The notes under the pieces were generated by a model that ran no database searches, was not told the DNA's origin, and saw only the letters and a list, made by a program, of their open reading frames with translations. A DNA stretch of 55,035 nt, filler included, from Bipalium vagum (Eukaryota): the NCBI GenBank assembly GCA_037834085.1. It is 3 parts of 3 records of this genome, joined end to end, with 100 filler letters (N's around TTAATTAATTAA, not from the genome) between each part and the next. Parts side by side here need not be neighbours in the genome. Positions count along the whole stretch, not along the records: positions 18,868 to 37,278 come from JBBMKC010029884.1; positions 37,379 to 55,035 come from JBBMKC010056705.1; 1 more part is not named here. One strand, 5' to 3'. Within the stretch, counting starts at the first letter, position 1. Each line of letters starts with the position of its first letter. Below, in pieces: positions 27,101 to 40,339 of the stretch. A program made the translations under genes and the position numbers.

Positions 27101-30100
27101 ATATTTTCAAAAACCTCGAGATATTGATTAATTATTATTAATAATTTATAATAATTATAATAATAAAAGTAACTTTATCTCGCCGTTGAGATAATAACAA
27201 CTAGATTTTAGAATTAATGGGCTATTGGAAGAAATAACATTCTTAAAGTAGAGATACTATATAGGCGGAATTTCAATCAGAAATTCGCCCAAAATGAGAA
27301 GTATAAGTGAAAGAGAATTTTTAAAAGAATTAATTATCTAAGAAATAATGGAATTCATTATCTACGCCAGAAGAAGAAACAATTAAAGAAGAGGGTCTCA
27401 AATTCAGAAGCCATCGGAATTTATATTCGCAAGTCAAAGAAGATTTCAAATTCTAGGAATTGTCATTATTATATATGAAGGTTCAGCAGCAGAATTCAAC
27501 AAGGGACCTAGCGGACGGCACGGGGACCCATTGCCGCTCAGATGTTTTTCCTCGTAATTTAAAATTAATAATTTTGGTTATTTTTATTATGTTTTTTAAT
27601 TTTTAGTTATTCCAGTTTAATTTTCTGGGCTTTAGATATTTATTGTGATTTTCTTGATTACTGATTATTTTCTTGTTATATAGTTTAGTATTTGATACAA
27701 AGTTTACTGCGATTGCTTGCCTCATTTTGGTGTGAACAAATGATAAAGTTTTATTAAGGTTATTTTGATTCAACAGAGTATAGATTTTCGTGGTCATTTA
27801 GATTATACGAATACGTTATCAACAAAGTGAGGAGTTAGGGAAAATCGAGTTTAAAAGTTACATATTTCGATAGAAGAAGAGTGACAATTATTATTTTATC
27901 AAAAGTAAAATAATTATTATTGTGATAAAATAATAATTATTATGATAAAATAATAATTATGAATCAGAATGTATCGTTTCATCTGAAGTTGATTGACCGG
28001 TTGTGAGAAAGATAGTTGGAATAATAATGAAAAAAACATAGATTTGAAATAATATGGATATCTGTATCAAAGTGAAATGTAAATAAAATTTAGGAAATGG
28101 TTCAAATAAACATATTCGACTTATTTTCTTTACTTGAACCGGGTCTGGTAATTTACGTAGTGGTTATTTGTAATTTCTCCAGATTGAGAGGCACCATTAT
28201 TGCCCGACAATACTTTTTTTGACCAACTTAGTACCAAAATATTATGATAGCAAAAGAGTGGCTCTTATTTATTATTTCGTTTACAGCAGGAAAAGAAGTA
28301 GGACAATCACAAAGAAATCAATACATTATTGTAACGTGCTTTTAATTCAAGAAGTAAAATTGTCCGAAATGTCAAACGATCGGCAAAAACAAATTAGTTA
28401 AAATGAGAAGTAAAATATAAAATTTGACTGAATATCTTAAATGGAAATTTAGGTTGAGAGAATTCCATATATTTCTCTCTACTGTATTGCTCGTTTATGG
28501 ATTTTGTGATATAAAAACTTTTACATTTTCAGCTTCCGATATGAAATAATCATTATAGGTTTAGGGATTTTTAAAAGAAACTGTAGAAAATGACTATCAA
28601 TAATAACTAATGCATTTTAAGAATTCTTCTTATTTAAAAAAGATTATTCGTAAAATTTCATTAATATTTGTCCATTAATGTTTATTTTTAAAAATTTATT
28701 TATTTAATTTATTTTTACTTTAATTTAATTTTTACTTCGTTTTTTTCTAAATTATTTATTATACTACAAAAACATAAAACATACAACTCAAAATTGATAA
28801 AATTAAATGTAATCACCATTTGCTTCAACAATATTTACCAAATGTTTGGTAAATACCTCAAATTCTTTTGAAAGTTTATGGAGATCAAGTGCATCCATAA
28901 ATTTTTGTAAACTATCTGCGACTTCTTTTGAGTTTGTAAAAATTTGGCTTTTCGGTATACCTCATAATTTCTGAATATAAATCTATCCAAAAGATTAGTA
29001 TCCGGAGAATATGCTGACTGTTTCAGTAATGGAAATGTGCTCTTCTTTAAACCAGTCATTAACAATCCGGGCGATATGTGGTCTGGCGTTGTCGTGTTGC
29101 ACAACTAATTCCCATATAGGAACAGATGTCTCAAAAATTGTTATCATATTTCCTAGAAATTGAATGTACCGATGAGCATTGACTGACCCTCTGTCATGCA
29201 ACACTTTAATATGAACCAGCGATTTCGCATAATTTAACGCAACAATGACAAGAACCTTACAATCTTAATATATATAATACCTATTTTAAAATTAAATATT
29301 TTCAGTTATTAATATACGTATTATAATCAGTGAATTTTTATTTAACGAATAATGACAAATAATAAAAAGTCGTTAGAACAAGATAAAAGATAATGTTATT
29401 TTACTAGAAAATTTTGTCTAAAGAATTAAAACAGATAAAATGAGAAAAAATACCAATTAAATGAAAAAAACATTCATTAAATTATTTTTCCTTCGTGATC
29501 TTAAAGAAAAATTTAATATTTCTTATGAAATTGATCTGATAATTCAAGGTAATGATATTTATGAGATTGAGTCAAAATGAAATGAATTTTTGTTTATTGA
29601 TCGATTTACTATTTTTATCTTTAGCTTATCCTTTAATTTTAATTTTTATCATTTCAAATTTAAAAATGAAACTTTTAATTAATTTTTGTCTTTCATTTTC
29701 ATTTTATTTCTACCATCATTGTTTCATTTAATTTAAAAAATTATATTTTTCTTTTGACAATCCTTGTGAACATAAATATTAATTATCTTTAAAACAATTT
29801 TCAAGAAAAATCATTATTAAAATAATTATTTGTAACATTTAATTAAAATTTATTTTTATGTGTTATACTTATATATCTTTTATATTAAAAATTTAAAATT
29901 TTTATCCCAGTCTAATTTTTAAAATCGTAAGATGAAATATTAATTTAAATATTTGCAAATTTTTTTTTGCTCTTGCAAAGTTTTTCATTCCCTCCTCCGA
30001 AAACTTTGAGACTAGCTTATTTCACATTTGTGTTCCTTAATTTAATTTATTCAAGTCTCATGTCAGGAAGAAAATTTGGCGGTCCAATAGAACTAATAGA

Positions 30101-30255
30101 ACATCATATGTTGTATCTTGACGGCTTTCTGACATTGGCAAGATTTCCCCTCGAACGATATCCTGCGGGTACATCTTACTATATTTTGCAAGGTGTTAAG
30201 GCATCAGTGTTTGAAGAACATCTCAAAAAGAAAGTAATCGAAATGGGATTTAAAG
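21158..30255 (+). CDS. SYK: Syk/ZAP70-family tyrosine kinase, exons 1-2 (N-terminal SH2 and interdomain A); 3' part not found
   Basis: Exon 1 21158-21378: YFHGRITRDRAEDLL...GMFLLRES...VNHYNIEKQIDGTFQILT, phase-1 GT donor. Exon 2 30067-30255 after TGTCAG: GRKFGGPIELIEHH..LDGFLTLARFPLER...FEEHLKKKVIEMGFK, GT donor. The splice restores a continuous Syk-type N-SH2. Intron ~8.7 kb. Confidence 0.8.
22280..23170 (-). mobile_element. Non-LTR retrotransposon RT remnant
   Basis: AVLAFADHL (decayed FADD), KWSRMIVNTSKC and FRYLSI (KYLG motif) in the expected order, with stops and frameshifts. Confidence 0.7.
23685..24795 (+). mobile_element. Mariner (DD34D) element with both TIRs, internally deleted and inactive
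   Basis: ~30-bp TIRs CGTGGGTGAATCAAAAAGTGAAGATA / TATTTTCACTTTTTGATTCACTCACA. Motifs RWVP, ITGDETWVHHYEP, LHDNSRPH, HPPYSSDLSPCDYYLFG. Confidence 0.92.
24955..25321 (-). mobile_element. Partial solo-LTR-like repeat, copy B
   Basis: Reverse complement shares AATTAATGGGCTAT...TCTCAAAGCGTAG..ATTGGT.ATCGTAGACCAATCT with the 38.1 kb copy, and has the TTGGGTTT start. Confidence 0.55.
26971..27886 (+). mobile_element. Solo-LTR-like repeat, copy C
   Basis: Shares ATTAATGGGCTAT, TTCGCCCAAAAT and AGTGAGGAGTTAG...AAAAGTTACATATTT with other copies; ends TGACA; possible 4-bp TSD ATTA (26967-70 / 27887-90). Confidence 0.55.
28763..29265 (-). mobile_element. Mariner-like 3' remnant
   Basis: VVQHDNARPHIAR and QSAYSPDTNLLDRFIF in adjacent frames. 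Confidence 0.8.
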
Positions 30256-30989
30256 TATGTGACACAAGTTCTTTAATTTAAATTATTTTTATGAATAATG
30301 AATTAAATGAATTTTAAAGGAAAATAAAAATAAAATTTCCCATTCCTAATTTAGAAAAATAATTCTAAAAAAAATTAATTTTTTCAGGAAAGTTCTCATT
30401 TTATCAATTATTTATTTTTCGTTCATTTTGATAGAGATATATAGATTACGTTCTTCCTCAAAATAAACCTGCGATAATCAGAAATCAATAATCAATATTA
30501 AAAATTTTAATCCAATGATTGATCGATAATTTTAATTCTACATTTATATTTATTATATAAATCTTTGTTCCAAAATTTGACCTTCAATTTACTGACTTTA
30601 TTTTTTTCAAGAAAAAATCAGTTTCTTGTGTTTTGTTCAATGAACTATTTTATTAAGTGGATTGCATTTTTTAAAGAAAAATAAATTATCATAAATGGAA
30701 AATATTGTAAAATGGTCATGATTTTCTGATTTTTTAAAATTAATAAAAACAATCACGAAAGGTTAATCGCAAGTTACGGAAAAGATGGATTTTAACTTTA
30801 TTATTCAGAACTCAAAATTATTTTGAAAGCTTTATAAACCAAAATAATCATTTTTAACAGATCACGAATTTTGCAAACGTTGAAACTTTATTATGATTTT
30901 AAAAATTTTTGTTATTAGGATTTTACAAAAATATTATCATGATCATTATTAGTCAGGAGTAATTTGTTAATATAATCACTAGAAAAATT

Positions 30990-32020
30990 GAAAAATTTTG
31001 TTAAAATGGTACGTGAAAGATCTCCTGGTCATTGATGAAGTATACAATTTAGATGAAAGTAATCTGGTATATAAATTTTTAAGTAACACAAACTTGTTAT
31101 TGAAAAATATGCACCTAGTAAAAAATTTTCAAAGATTAACTATTATGGCCTGTACAAATGATAATGGGAAACATAAGTTACCTATAATGGTTATCTGAAA
31201 ATCATGCAAATCCTAATTTTTTAAACCTAAAATGCATTAATGGGCTTCAACAAATGTTCGGGAAACAACAGAATCATGTTAGGAATGGTTTAGTGATATT
31301 TCATCCTAGAAGTTTGAAGGTACCTATTAATAATACTTTTAGCTCTACATTTCAGTTAAGAGTCATTAACATCCGAATGTGAGAAAATGTTATTTTTCAC
31401 CAAACAACATCAAATTGTGATCTAAATACTAAAACATCTTCATCAAAAAAATTGCTTCTCCATTTAAGTTCAAATTCAGAAATTACCTTAAGTAAAGAAT
31501 TAGATCACTTAAGTTTAAAAGATGTTGCATATTTTATTGCAGAATCATGGAATGATGTCAGCGAATCCGTTATTTTAACCTGTTCGCGCCTCACTAATTT
31601 AGAACTGATATCTATTGATAATGAACTGAGTGATAATAAATCGTTTATCTGTTTAAATCTACATAATAATGCAATTGGCATGGGGAGATCATGTAGTTCT
31701 CGGTAACATCATTTCGAGGAAATATATAATGAAATTTATTCTGCCGATACCTCAAAAAGATAGCTTCAGTCCACAGATTAGTACCAAATGATGTTATCTA
31801 CAGCTTAAACATTACAATGCATTTAAAAGAAAGCATCTTAACGATTGAAGAAATTTTCTTCATAAGAAAGAAAACACGAGAAAAATATTTACTGTATAAA
31901 TAAATTTGTTTCTTATAATTTTAGGTTTTATTTTGTCTTTAATTGTTATAAAATTTGTACACCAAATTCATACAACTGAACCTCATTACAATTCTTTGGA
32001 TGAAATGTATCTTTACTGTA
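30990..32020 (+). mobile_element. pogo/Tigger-like DDE transposase remnant
   Basis: VYNLDESNL, RLTIMACTNDNGKHKLPIMVI, LKDVAYFIAESWNDVSESVI; ends ...TTTACTG-TA. Confidence 0.8.
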
Positions 32021-33599
32021 TTATTAAAACTAACTTTAAGTTTTAAAATTAGTGTAATATTTAAAAGTTTTAAGCCACAATTTTATTAAAAGAATTTTTT
32101 TAATGTAATTAAATTATGTAAAGTTTTTAGCATAATATTACAGCTATATTTACTTATGTAACTTTTCTTTTTCATATTTTCTTTTCATATTTTTCTTATA
32201 AAAATATTTTCTCGGAATAATTGATAGAAAATTTCTTATAAATTTAAAGGAAAATTTTTTTGATGATTTCTTCATTAAATTTTATTTAATATATTTATTC
32301 CAATTAAAGAATAATAAAACAAAACTTGATTATATTTTATTTTCCCTTGATATCAACTATAGACTTACAATTCTCGATGATTGGCAATCGTATATGAAAA
32401 TATCTATTTATATTTTCTTAAATCTTATTCATAAAATCGAAAAATAAAGAAAACTATCAAAAATAGGCGAAAATTCTTATCAGGGATTTAAGATAAGATG
32501 AATTTACTGGGTGGGTTTTCGGATTATTTTTGATGGTTTCCATATAATTTCATTAATTGGATTACGGTTAGTTTTTTCTTGGTTTATTCCAGATTCGATT
32601 TTTATTATTTTTACTATGCATTCTTCTGATTTAAAAATATTTTTTAATTAATAAACACATTTAAAACATCCGCCATGTGATAATAAATTTCCTTCTACGT
32701 ATATTTTCGTAGATTATCATAAAATGAACTCATTGAGGATGCTATTTTTGAATGGAAAAAGAAATATTCAAATGATAATAAAAACAGAAATATAAATCTA
32801 AAAATTCCACAACAGCAGTTCCGTAATAACAAATAATTACCGAAATAACAATCATGAAATATTAATCATTAATAATATTTTCTGAAATTCTTTAGGGAGC
32901 AAATTATTTTAAGTTGTACACAACTGCTTCCTGGTACACAGTTAGAATGCTTTCGATTGAAAATTTGGGAAAAATTGTATTAGCTTGTTTTAGTTTATTT
33001 AACGGTACGAGTTTTATTATTTATATATTTAAATCCATAACATATCTTGAGAAAAGTAAACTATGATCAAATTCTCCGGAAATATAATATTTTTAGACAT
33101 TCATCAGACTCATTTTTTATTTTATTTTTTCGTTTGTTATTATAACGATGTTAAGTATACGTAATAATGAGAATGTTTTTATTGAATTAGATCGTGAAAA
33201 AGTCTTAAAATTTCCGAGATTTATATCGGTAAGATTATTTCATAGTGCGATTGTTACCTGTATTAATTTTTTTATTAAAGTTTCAAAAGTAATGATATTA
33301 GAGATATTCAAAAGAAGAAAAGAAATATTACAAATTAGATGTTTAAATTTTACATTTAAATTGTTAGCTTTAAAATTTGATCTTGAGTTTACATGAAAAT
33401 GTATAAAGCGATTAAAACAAATTTTAATAATAATATAAAAAAATAGTACCTGCTTCAAACTTTCTATCGATAGTGTATATATAATATAATACAATAATAT
33501 GGAAAATTAAAATATAAAAAGCATATATAAGACTGTTCGGAAATTAATTAACCTTTTTTCTAACGAAAATGAAAATGAAATAATTTTAAACTAAAGACA

Positions 33600-34239
33600 T
33601 TTTATTCTTTAAAATTGGCCTCCATTACTTTTAATATATTTTTCCCAACCTGAACAAAACCTTTAAATTCCAATTGCGAGAGAAGGGGATTTCCTGAAAG
33701 ACTTCTTTTACACCCTCATAGTTGTTGAAGACTTCTCCTGAAAATGAAATTATCCAATATTTGAAATAAAGAATAATCAGTAAGAGGTAAATCCGGTACT
33801 GGTACTTTCTAGTTGAGTTCCCTACACAGGAAATAAACTTGTAAGTGTCAAACTTTATTTGATCACGAAATAAGCAACATCAATGATTGTCAACAATGTC
33901 TCCAGGGTCACTACAAAAGTACCAATGTCTTAATACGTTGAATATACTCACAACCAAGATATATCACAATGGATCCACAAATTCTTTAAACTCCGTAACT
34001 GCGCCCACCCAATTACCAAAGTTAATCAATAAATATAATGGTAATTAAAATAAAATCGAATAGATATAATACTTAAGTGAATCAATACAATTTAAATGAC
34101 TTGAAAGAACAAACTCAGAATAAAGCGGTATTACTTGACCTAGGTTAAGATTTCCCAGATCTACTAAAGTACCCATCAACTCTTTAGAACCTGACAAAGA
34201 TATAACACATAAGAGACAAATGCTAATTGTTTTCATCAT
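33600..34239 (-). pseudogene. Possible small multi-exon secreted-protein gene or pseudogene
   Basis: MMKTISICLLCVISLSG signal-peptide-like start, several GT..AG-bounded 30-75 bp segments and a 3' AATAAA. No unique stop-free model. Confidence 0.3.
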
Positions 34240-34939
34240 AATTTAGTTTTGTATTAATGAAAAAAAACTGAGTTTACAAATGATTCCTTCAATTTTTCAA
34301 CCCTATTCCTCAAATCTTTTAATCTAAAGGTTCAAATCGAAGCACCAAGAAAAAGCAATCAACAATTTGACTTGGAGTTTTTTAAAAATCAATTATCGCC
34401 GTTAATTTGTGTCCAAACTGATCAACACTTTTTAATGAAATATCAACTTTTAATTTTACATTTTAATCTGTTAAAAACCTGGCTCTCTTTCCCACTTCCC
34501 CTTTTCATTATCTATTGGAAAAATTTGAAATTAAACTTCTTCGAGATCTTGATCACAATTATTTTCTCTTTCCAATATACCATAGTGTCCATAAAAAAGT
34601 TAAAACCGTAAAATTTTCAATAATAATTTTAAAGATATTCAGAAACAGTTTTTGCATGTTGCATTAGTAACTGAATTCAGTACACAAATTTAAATTTTGA
34701 ATTCATGTAGAATAGTATTGGGATACAACGTTTAAGTACAGCTGTGTTTTTTATTTAGTTGTCGCAAGGAATAATCATATTACTTTAGGTATTTATTAAA
34801 AATTACTTATGTTTTTAGATGAAATGTTGTTTAATTATACTTCAAAATGAAATTCGTTCAAATTTCAAATAATTTGGTTTAAAAATTGCAAATTCAAAAA
34901 TTTGAAATTTTTTTATTTTTATAATACGGAATTAAGATA

Positions 34940-35525
34940 TTTTTAAAATTCACCATAAAGTATCTTTATCTTATGGTGAAGAAATGCACAGTAATGAATT
35001 CCAAACGTGGCTATCAATTATCAGATGAAAAAAGTTCAAAGGTTTACTATTTTACTACTTAGGATTTTCATATAGATAGATATAAAGGATGATACTGGAA
35101 AAATACCAGTTATGTCTCTCATATTACTCTTCAGAAGATTGTTTTAAAAGAATGTACAACTGGGACAGTAAGCAGAACAAAAGATAATGGTAGACCATTG
35201 AAAAAAACGCCAAGAATGGTAGATGTTTAAAAATTTTGACTTTGAAAAATCGAAAAATATCAACACTTTTCTTATCCTCATAGTTTGAAAAGATTACAGA
35301 TGTCAACATAAGCAAAACGACATTTACTCGTAGATTACAGACTTTTGGGCTTAGGTTCCATCGATGCCGCTGCAAACCGATGTTATCTCCCTCTAATATT
35401 CACAAAAATTGGCATGGGCTAAGAAATATGAAAATAAAACATTTAAGTATTGGAGATCAGTGATTTGGTCTGTCGAATCTAGGTTTTGTTTATTGTCAGA
35501 TCGACCAGAAATATGTATTCCTTTT
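34940..35525 (+). mobile_element. Tc1-like 5' remnant
   Basis: WRSVIWSVESRFCL (decayed VIWSDESKF) preceded by HTH-like fragments. Confidence 0.6.
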
Positions 35526-35551
35526 AGGACTAATTCAAAAAGAGGTTATTA

Positions 35552-35552
<1 letters not shown>

Positions 35553-35609
<57 letters not shown>
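35553..35609 (+). repeat. (AAT)n microsatellite
   Basis: Perfect AAT run. Confidence 0.95.
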
Positions 35610-37278
35610 TGTTATTATTATTATTTTATTTGATTTTTTAATTCAAGAAAATTAATTTTGTGAATAAGAATTATTTTTTATCTTTTGACCCTCTTATCAA
35701 ATTAGAAAAAGTTAATAAATAGGCTTTTAATATTTTCTTTGTTGTAATCAATGTACCTGTCCAAGTTCCGTACTTAATTAGTTGAACGAATGAAGATACG
35801 AAAAGTACCTTTGTATTTTATTAATCATTCATGAGTTTCTTCTTTTGCCTAATGTAAATTACTTTTATAATTTATAAAATATAAAGATTAATATTCATAT
35901 TCATATTATCAAATAAGGTTTATAATGTAATAAGTATGTCAAATATATATATGTTAGTTCCGAGTTACCAATTTCCTATATGGAAATTATCATCTATTTT
36001 TACTTTATGTCGAAAACTTTTCCTAAGATAATTAATAAATCTATTTGGTTAAACAAGGTTACAATAAGGCAACAGGTAAATGCAGTATTCTTATTTATAT
36101 GCCATAGGTTTTAAGAAGTGCTCCAAAAAATTAAAGTTTTTTAAAAAAATTAGCATAAATTAAATTAGAAAAATATTAAACGCCAATACAATTTACAAAT
36201 AGATCATTCTATTTAACTAAAAGGGTCCTAAGATTTGAATCCAAATTTATAAAGACAGCAAAGATACATTGATAAAGTTAATTCTATTATTCAAGATGAC
36301 ATAATTTTTCTCTGCCTACTATTAAAGAGAGTAATAAAATAAAGTAATAATTATTATTATTTTAAAAATAATAATAAATAAGGATAATAACAATAAAATG
36401 AATATTTTTAAACTTCACAAATAAATAAAACTTCTTTATTATACAAAGTCAAAAAATATGTTCTGTTGTCGAAGAATTATTCATTTTTCGAAATTTTAAC
36501 AATTTTCAAACTTGTAATTTTTAATTGCTGATTTCTTAAAAATAAAAAATAATGTGCCGGAATTATTAAATAATAACTGTTTTGGGAAATTGTAGATTTT
36601 TGTAGATATTATTTACTAATTACCGTAAATATTTTAGTAATTATTGAATTTTTAAATTTACTTTATTGAATTGATGCACATGAGAATTTATTTTGAAAAT
36701 TTCTGATTTCTAATTAATTTGTGATTGAAACATTTGCAAAAACATATTTGTTAAATATACAATAATTAATTTATTAACACAATTTAAAAATTATTTTTTG
36801 AAAATTTGGTGAATTAAAAAATATTTATCTCCATTTTACAATAGACAAATAATAAAATTTTAAAGAATTTAGAAAGTTGTCAGTTTTAAATCAAATTATT
36901 TTCGAAGTTACTCAATTTTAATTGATGATTTCCGTTAATGAATATTTCTTATGATCAAATTGGTGAAACAATCTGAAATTCTTCGAAATTTGTATATATT
37001 ATTATTATTATGATAAAAAAATTAGTGTTTTCTTTTGTCAATTAATAAATTACAATGTCATCTTTTATATCGGTTTTGTTTATTTTTTCATATTTAATAA
37101 CTAATCATATTTATTATTCAATGTTATTAGGTGTGTGAATAAGTAACCCGAATCAGACAAAAACTTTCACAGTTTTAAATATATACACTACCGCTCAAAA
37201 CTATTAGGCAGGTACTTGAATTTTTAAATATAATACAAATAGATCATTTTCATAAGGATTTATTGTTTTAAAAAAGTT

Positions 37279-37378
37279 NNNNNNNNNNNNNNNNNNNNNN
37301 NNNNNNNNNNNNNNNNNNNNNNTTAATTAATTAANNNNNNNNNNNNNNNNNNNNNNNNNNNNNNNNNNNNNNNNNNNN
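37279..37378. other. 100-bp placeholder gap with artificial TTAATTAATTAA spacer
   Basis: Same construct as 18768-18867. Confidence 0.97.
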
Positions 37379-37393
37379 TAATAATAATAATAA

Positions 37394-37455
<62 letters not shown>
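37379..37455 (+). repeat. (AAT)n microsatellite
   Basis: Near-perfect AAT run next to the gap. Confidence 0.93.
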
Positions 37456-38089
37456 GTTTAAGACATTGAAATTTTTTAAATATTAAAAGCAATATATCAA
37501 AATTCCGTCGTCGAGATAATGATACACTGCTTAATTATTATTTTTTGAGGAGAGATATGTCCTATCTTTAGGATAATAATTTTTCGCAATAATTAGGGAC
37601 TGGTGTGTTAAGGGAGTTGTGAATTCTCCATTCTAGACTCAGATAAGTCTTGGTTTTCCTGTTATGTATGATGAGTATGTTTTGTATTCTGTGCTGCCCA
37701 AGATTGGTGAAAAAGAGAGAAATAAGCTAAGTGAAAATAAAAAGGAAATATGAAAAAAAATGGTACAAAAGTGTTACTTTTTTTAATGGACATATTTATT
37801 TAGAGGTCCTTTGAATTTCTCAAAAAATGAATTTTCTTCTAATAGAAAAATATCTGTTGTAATTTATGCAATTTTTCGTGTAGCAGCGTCATAAAACACA
37901 ATCAGTAATAATTATAGTAATAACAAACTGGTTTTCTTTAAAACATAATTGCATAGGTTGGAATACCCATCACCATGCTGCTTATTGATTTAATATTCAT
38001 TTCTTTAATGTCAACATGAAAAAATTGAGACCAGTCATAAAAAGACTTGATAGTCATTTCGGTCAAAAAAACATGATCCTTTTTTTTAC

Positions 38090-38850
38090 TAATTTTATCT
38101 CGGAGTGGAGATTAATGGGCTATGAAAGTAAAAGAGCTATCTCAAAGCGTAGGGATTGGTAATCGTAGACCAATCTCTACGACTATATAAAGAGACGACT
38201 ATCTCCAGAAAATTTTCCCAGAAAAATAAAAATATATTTGATTTGTGAAGAAGATTTAGTCGTTTGGAAGAAGGATATTGACAAGATATTTATTTGATTT
38301 TACGAATGAGTTTAATCAAAGATTATTATTTTTCCTCGAAAAGATTTGCAGAAGACTTCAATTATTCAACGGAGAATTTTGCTGAGGACAAAATTTCTGT
38401 GCTATGACAATGCAAAAGGATTTTACAAATGGTGCCCAGCAAGCTTGGGAATTCCTAAGTGACTTGAAAATGACTTAGAGGACAACCCAGAGACACATTG
38501 TGGTACCGGGTGTGACTTTTTTATGTTTATTGATCTTCCTTTTAATTATTTATTATTCTATTGTGCTTAACTTGGCATTTTTCTCGTATTAATTTATGCA
38601 GAAAATTGATCTATTTTGTCACAGTGACTTTCCAGGCGTTTGATTCTTTGGCTTCTTAGACAACTGATCGGGATTTTGATTATGATTTGTATAACGATTG
38701 AATTTTAATAGTCTTACTGTGATTGTTTTGATTTAATTGAGTTTAAATTTAATAGTTATAATAGTAAAACGAACACATTAGATAGTGAGGAGTTAGTAAT
38801 CGAGCAAAAGTTACATATTTTAGTTAAGGAAAATAGTAATAAAACTGACA
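38090..38850 (+). mobile_element. Solo-LTR-like repeat, copy D
   Basis: ATTAATGGGCTAT, TATATAAA, AGTGAGGAGTTAG...AAAAGTTACATATTT and terminal TGACA; shared with copies B and C. Confidence 0.55.
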
Positions 38851-38854
38851 CTCC

Positions 38855-39371
38855 GAAAGCTTCGATGCTTCCAAAAAAGATTTCATTGTGTTTTCAGGAA
38901 AACACCCACCATTATCCATTCTGATTTTTTAAAAACTTGTTAAACCATAACATGATTGAACAGTTATAATCAGTGCAAACGAACTCATCAAGTAAAGGAC
39001 CTTCTTTGATCAATAGAAAGAAAGTCATTTTTTGTAGAACAATTCCAGACCACACCTCAAAACCAATCAGTGAAAATATTTGTGATTTTTATACCAGACC
39101 TTCCATAATTTCTTGGGATTTCACCAAATGATGACCACCCTTTTTCGCTCCTGACAACGTTATGACAGATAAATAGCTCGAAACTCGAGTTGAAATAATA
39201 AACAGACCATAATTTTTTTGAATCGCATTTACAGACAAGGATCGCGCAACAACTGGTATCACGTTGGCAAAATGTCATTGAGTGTGATAGTAACTCAGTT
39301 ACTGATTTTTTAATTTAATTTCTAATTTTATCATGAAAAAACGCTTCAACTTTTTGGTTACGTAGTTGATA
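38855..39371 (+). mobile_element. Mariner 3' remnant
   Basis: Decayed ...QLVSRWQNVIECD C-terminus and a TIR-like AAAACGCTTCAACTTTTTGGTTACGTAGTTGATA. Confidence 0.6.
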
Positions 39372-39419
39372 TTAAAATGACTTTGGACTGTCAATACAAA
39401 GTCAGAAATTAAAAAATAT

Positions 39420-40245
39420 CTAAAAATTATTGGTGGAACCTTTGAACATTTTCTCTTTCTGCTGTTCCAGATCAGTCTCTATAGAAATAAAGGTTTAATA
39501 ATAATAGCCCATTTTCCATTTAGGGTTTTGTTAAGATTTTATATTACCAATAAAAATTGAAACGCCCAAAGAACCATAAAATCATTAAACAGAGAAAGAG
39601 AAATTAAGAGTCAGTCACATTCGAAATAGTTCTTGACCATGTCAGCTCAAATATGACTACTTGTAAAGGGAGAAAAAAGGTTTTTCAACAGTAATGTTAA
39701 TAAGTAAACTAGAAAAATCGATTTACTTCACTAGACCCAACAATTGAAGTGTGTAATTGCTTACCCCACTGCCTTTTCGAAAAACAATATGGACATGTCA
39801 CTGTCACAAACAATTATACTTTGTGAACCTTACCCTAAATGAAATAAACGGAACCAAGTAATGTCTTGATAAGAACAGAGAACATAATTGTATTGATTAT
39901 AAAACAAAAATCACCACCTTTATTAGTCAAAACTAAATAGATTAAAAACTAAACATAAAACGTTTTCTTTGAGCCTAGTCCTCTCCAAAAGGATAGTTTT
40001 TGGTATCATATTTAAATCTAAAATTAATAATAAATTAAAATTAATTAAAATATTATAATAGAATAATAAAATATAAATTATTAACATAAAATCAGCGTGT
40101 ACCGCAGTTGGTACTAACATTTTCAGCATTTTCATTTTAAATGCCACAATTTATCGTGGACCCAGTTATCTTATCTGTTGAAAAAGTGTATCTCCTTTGA
40201 TACTCGCCATATTTAAAACCTGTTCAAGGTCTGAAAGAACCTAGG
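39420..40245 (-). pseudogene. Decayed multi-exon gene fragment of unknown identity
   Basis: AG/GT-bounded coding-like blocks (VLSDLEQVLNMASIKGDTLFQQIR*, GKVHKV*LFVTVTCPYCFSKRQW, TDLEQQKEKMFKGSTNNF*) with internal TAA stops. Confidence 0.3.
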
Positions 40246-40339
40246 GATAAGTGGATGAGCAAAAAATGAACTGGAGTTAAGAATATTAATTTGATCAAAT
40301 AACTGAAGTGCGAGGTTTTTTTGTGGGTCTTTTTATAGA

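Noticed and set aside
33850-40245. Recurrent in-frame TAA in exon-like blocks, suggesting stop-codon reassignment
   Set aside because: DHX9, AKR, Syk and Kidins220 exons have no internal TAA/TAG, and DHX9, Kidins220 and the 97-aa gene end in TAA. Decay in an AT-biased genome explains it.
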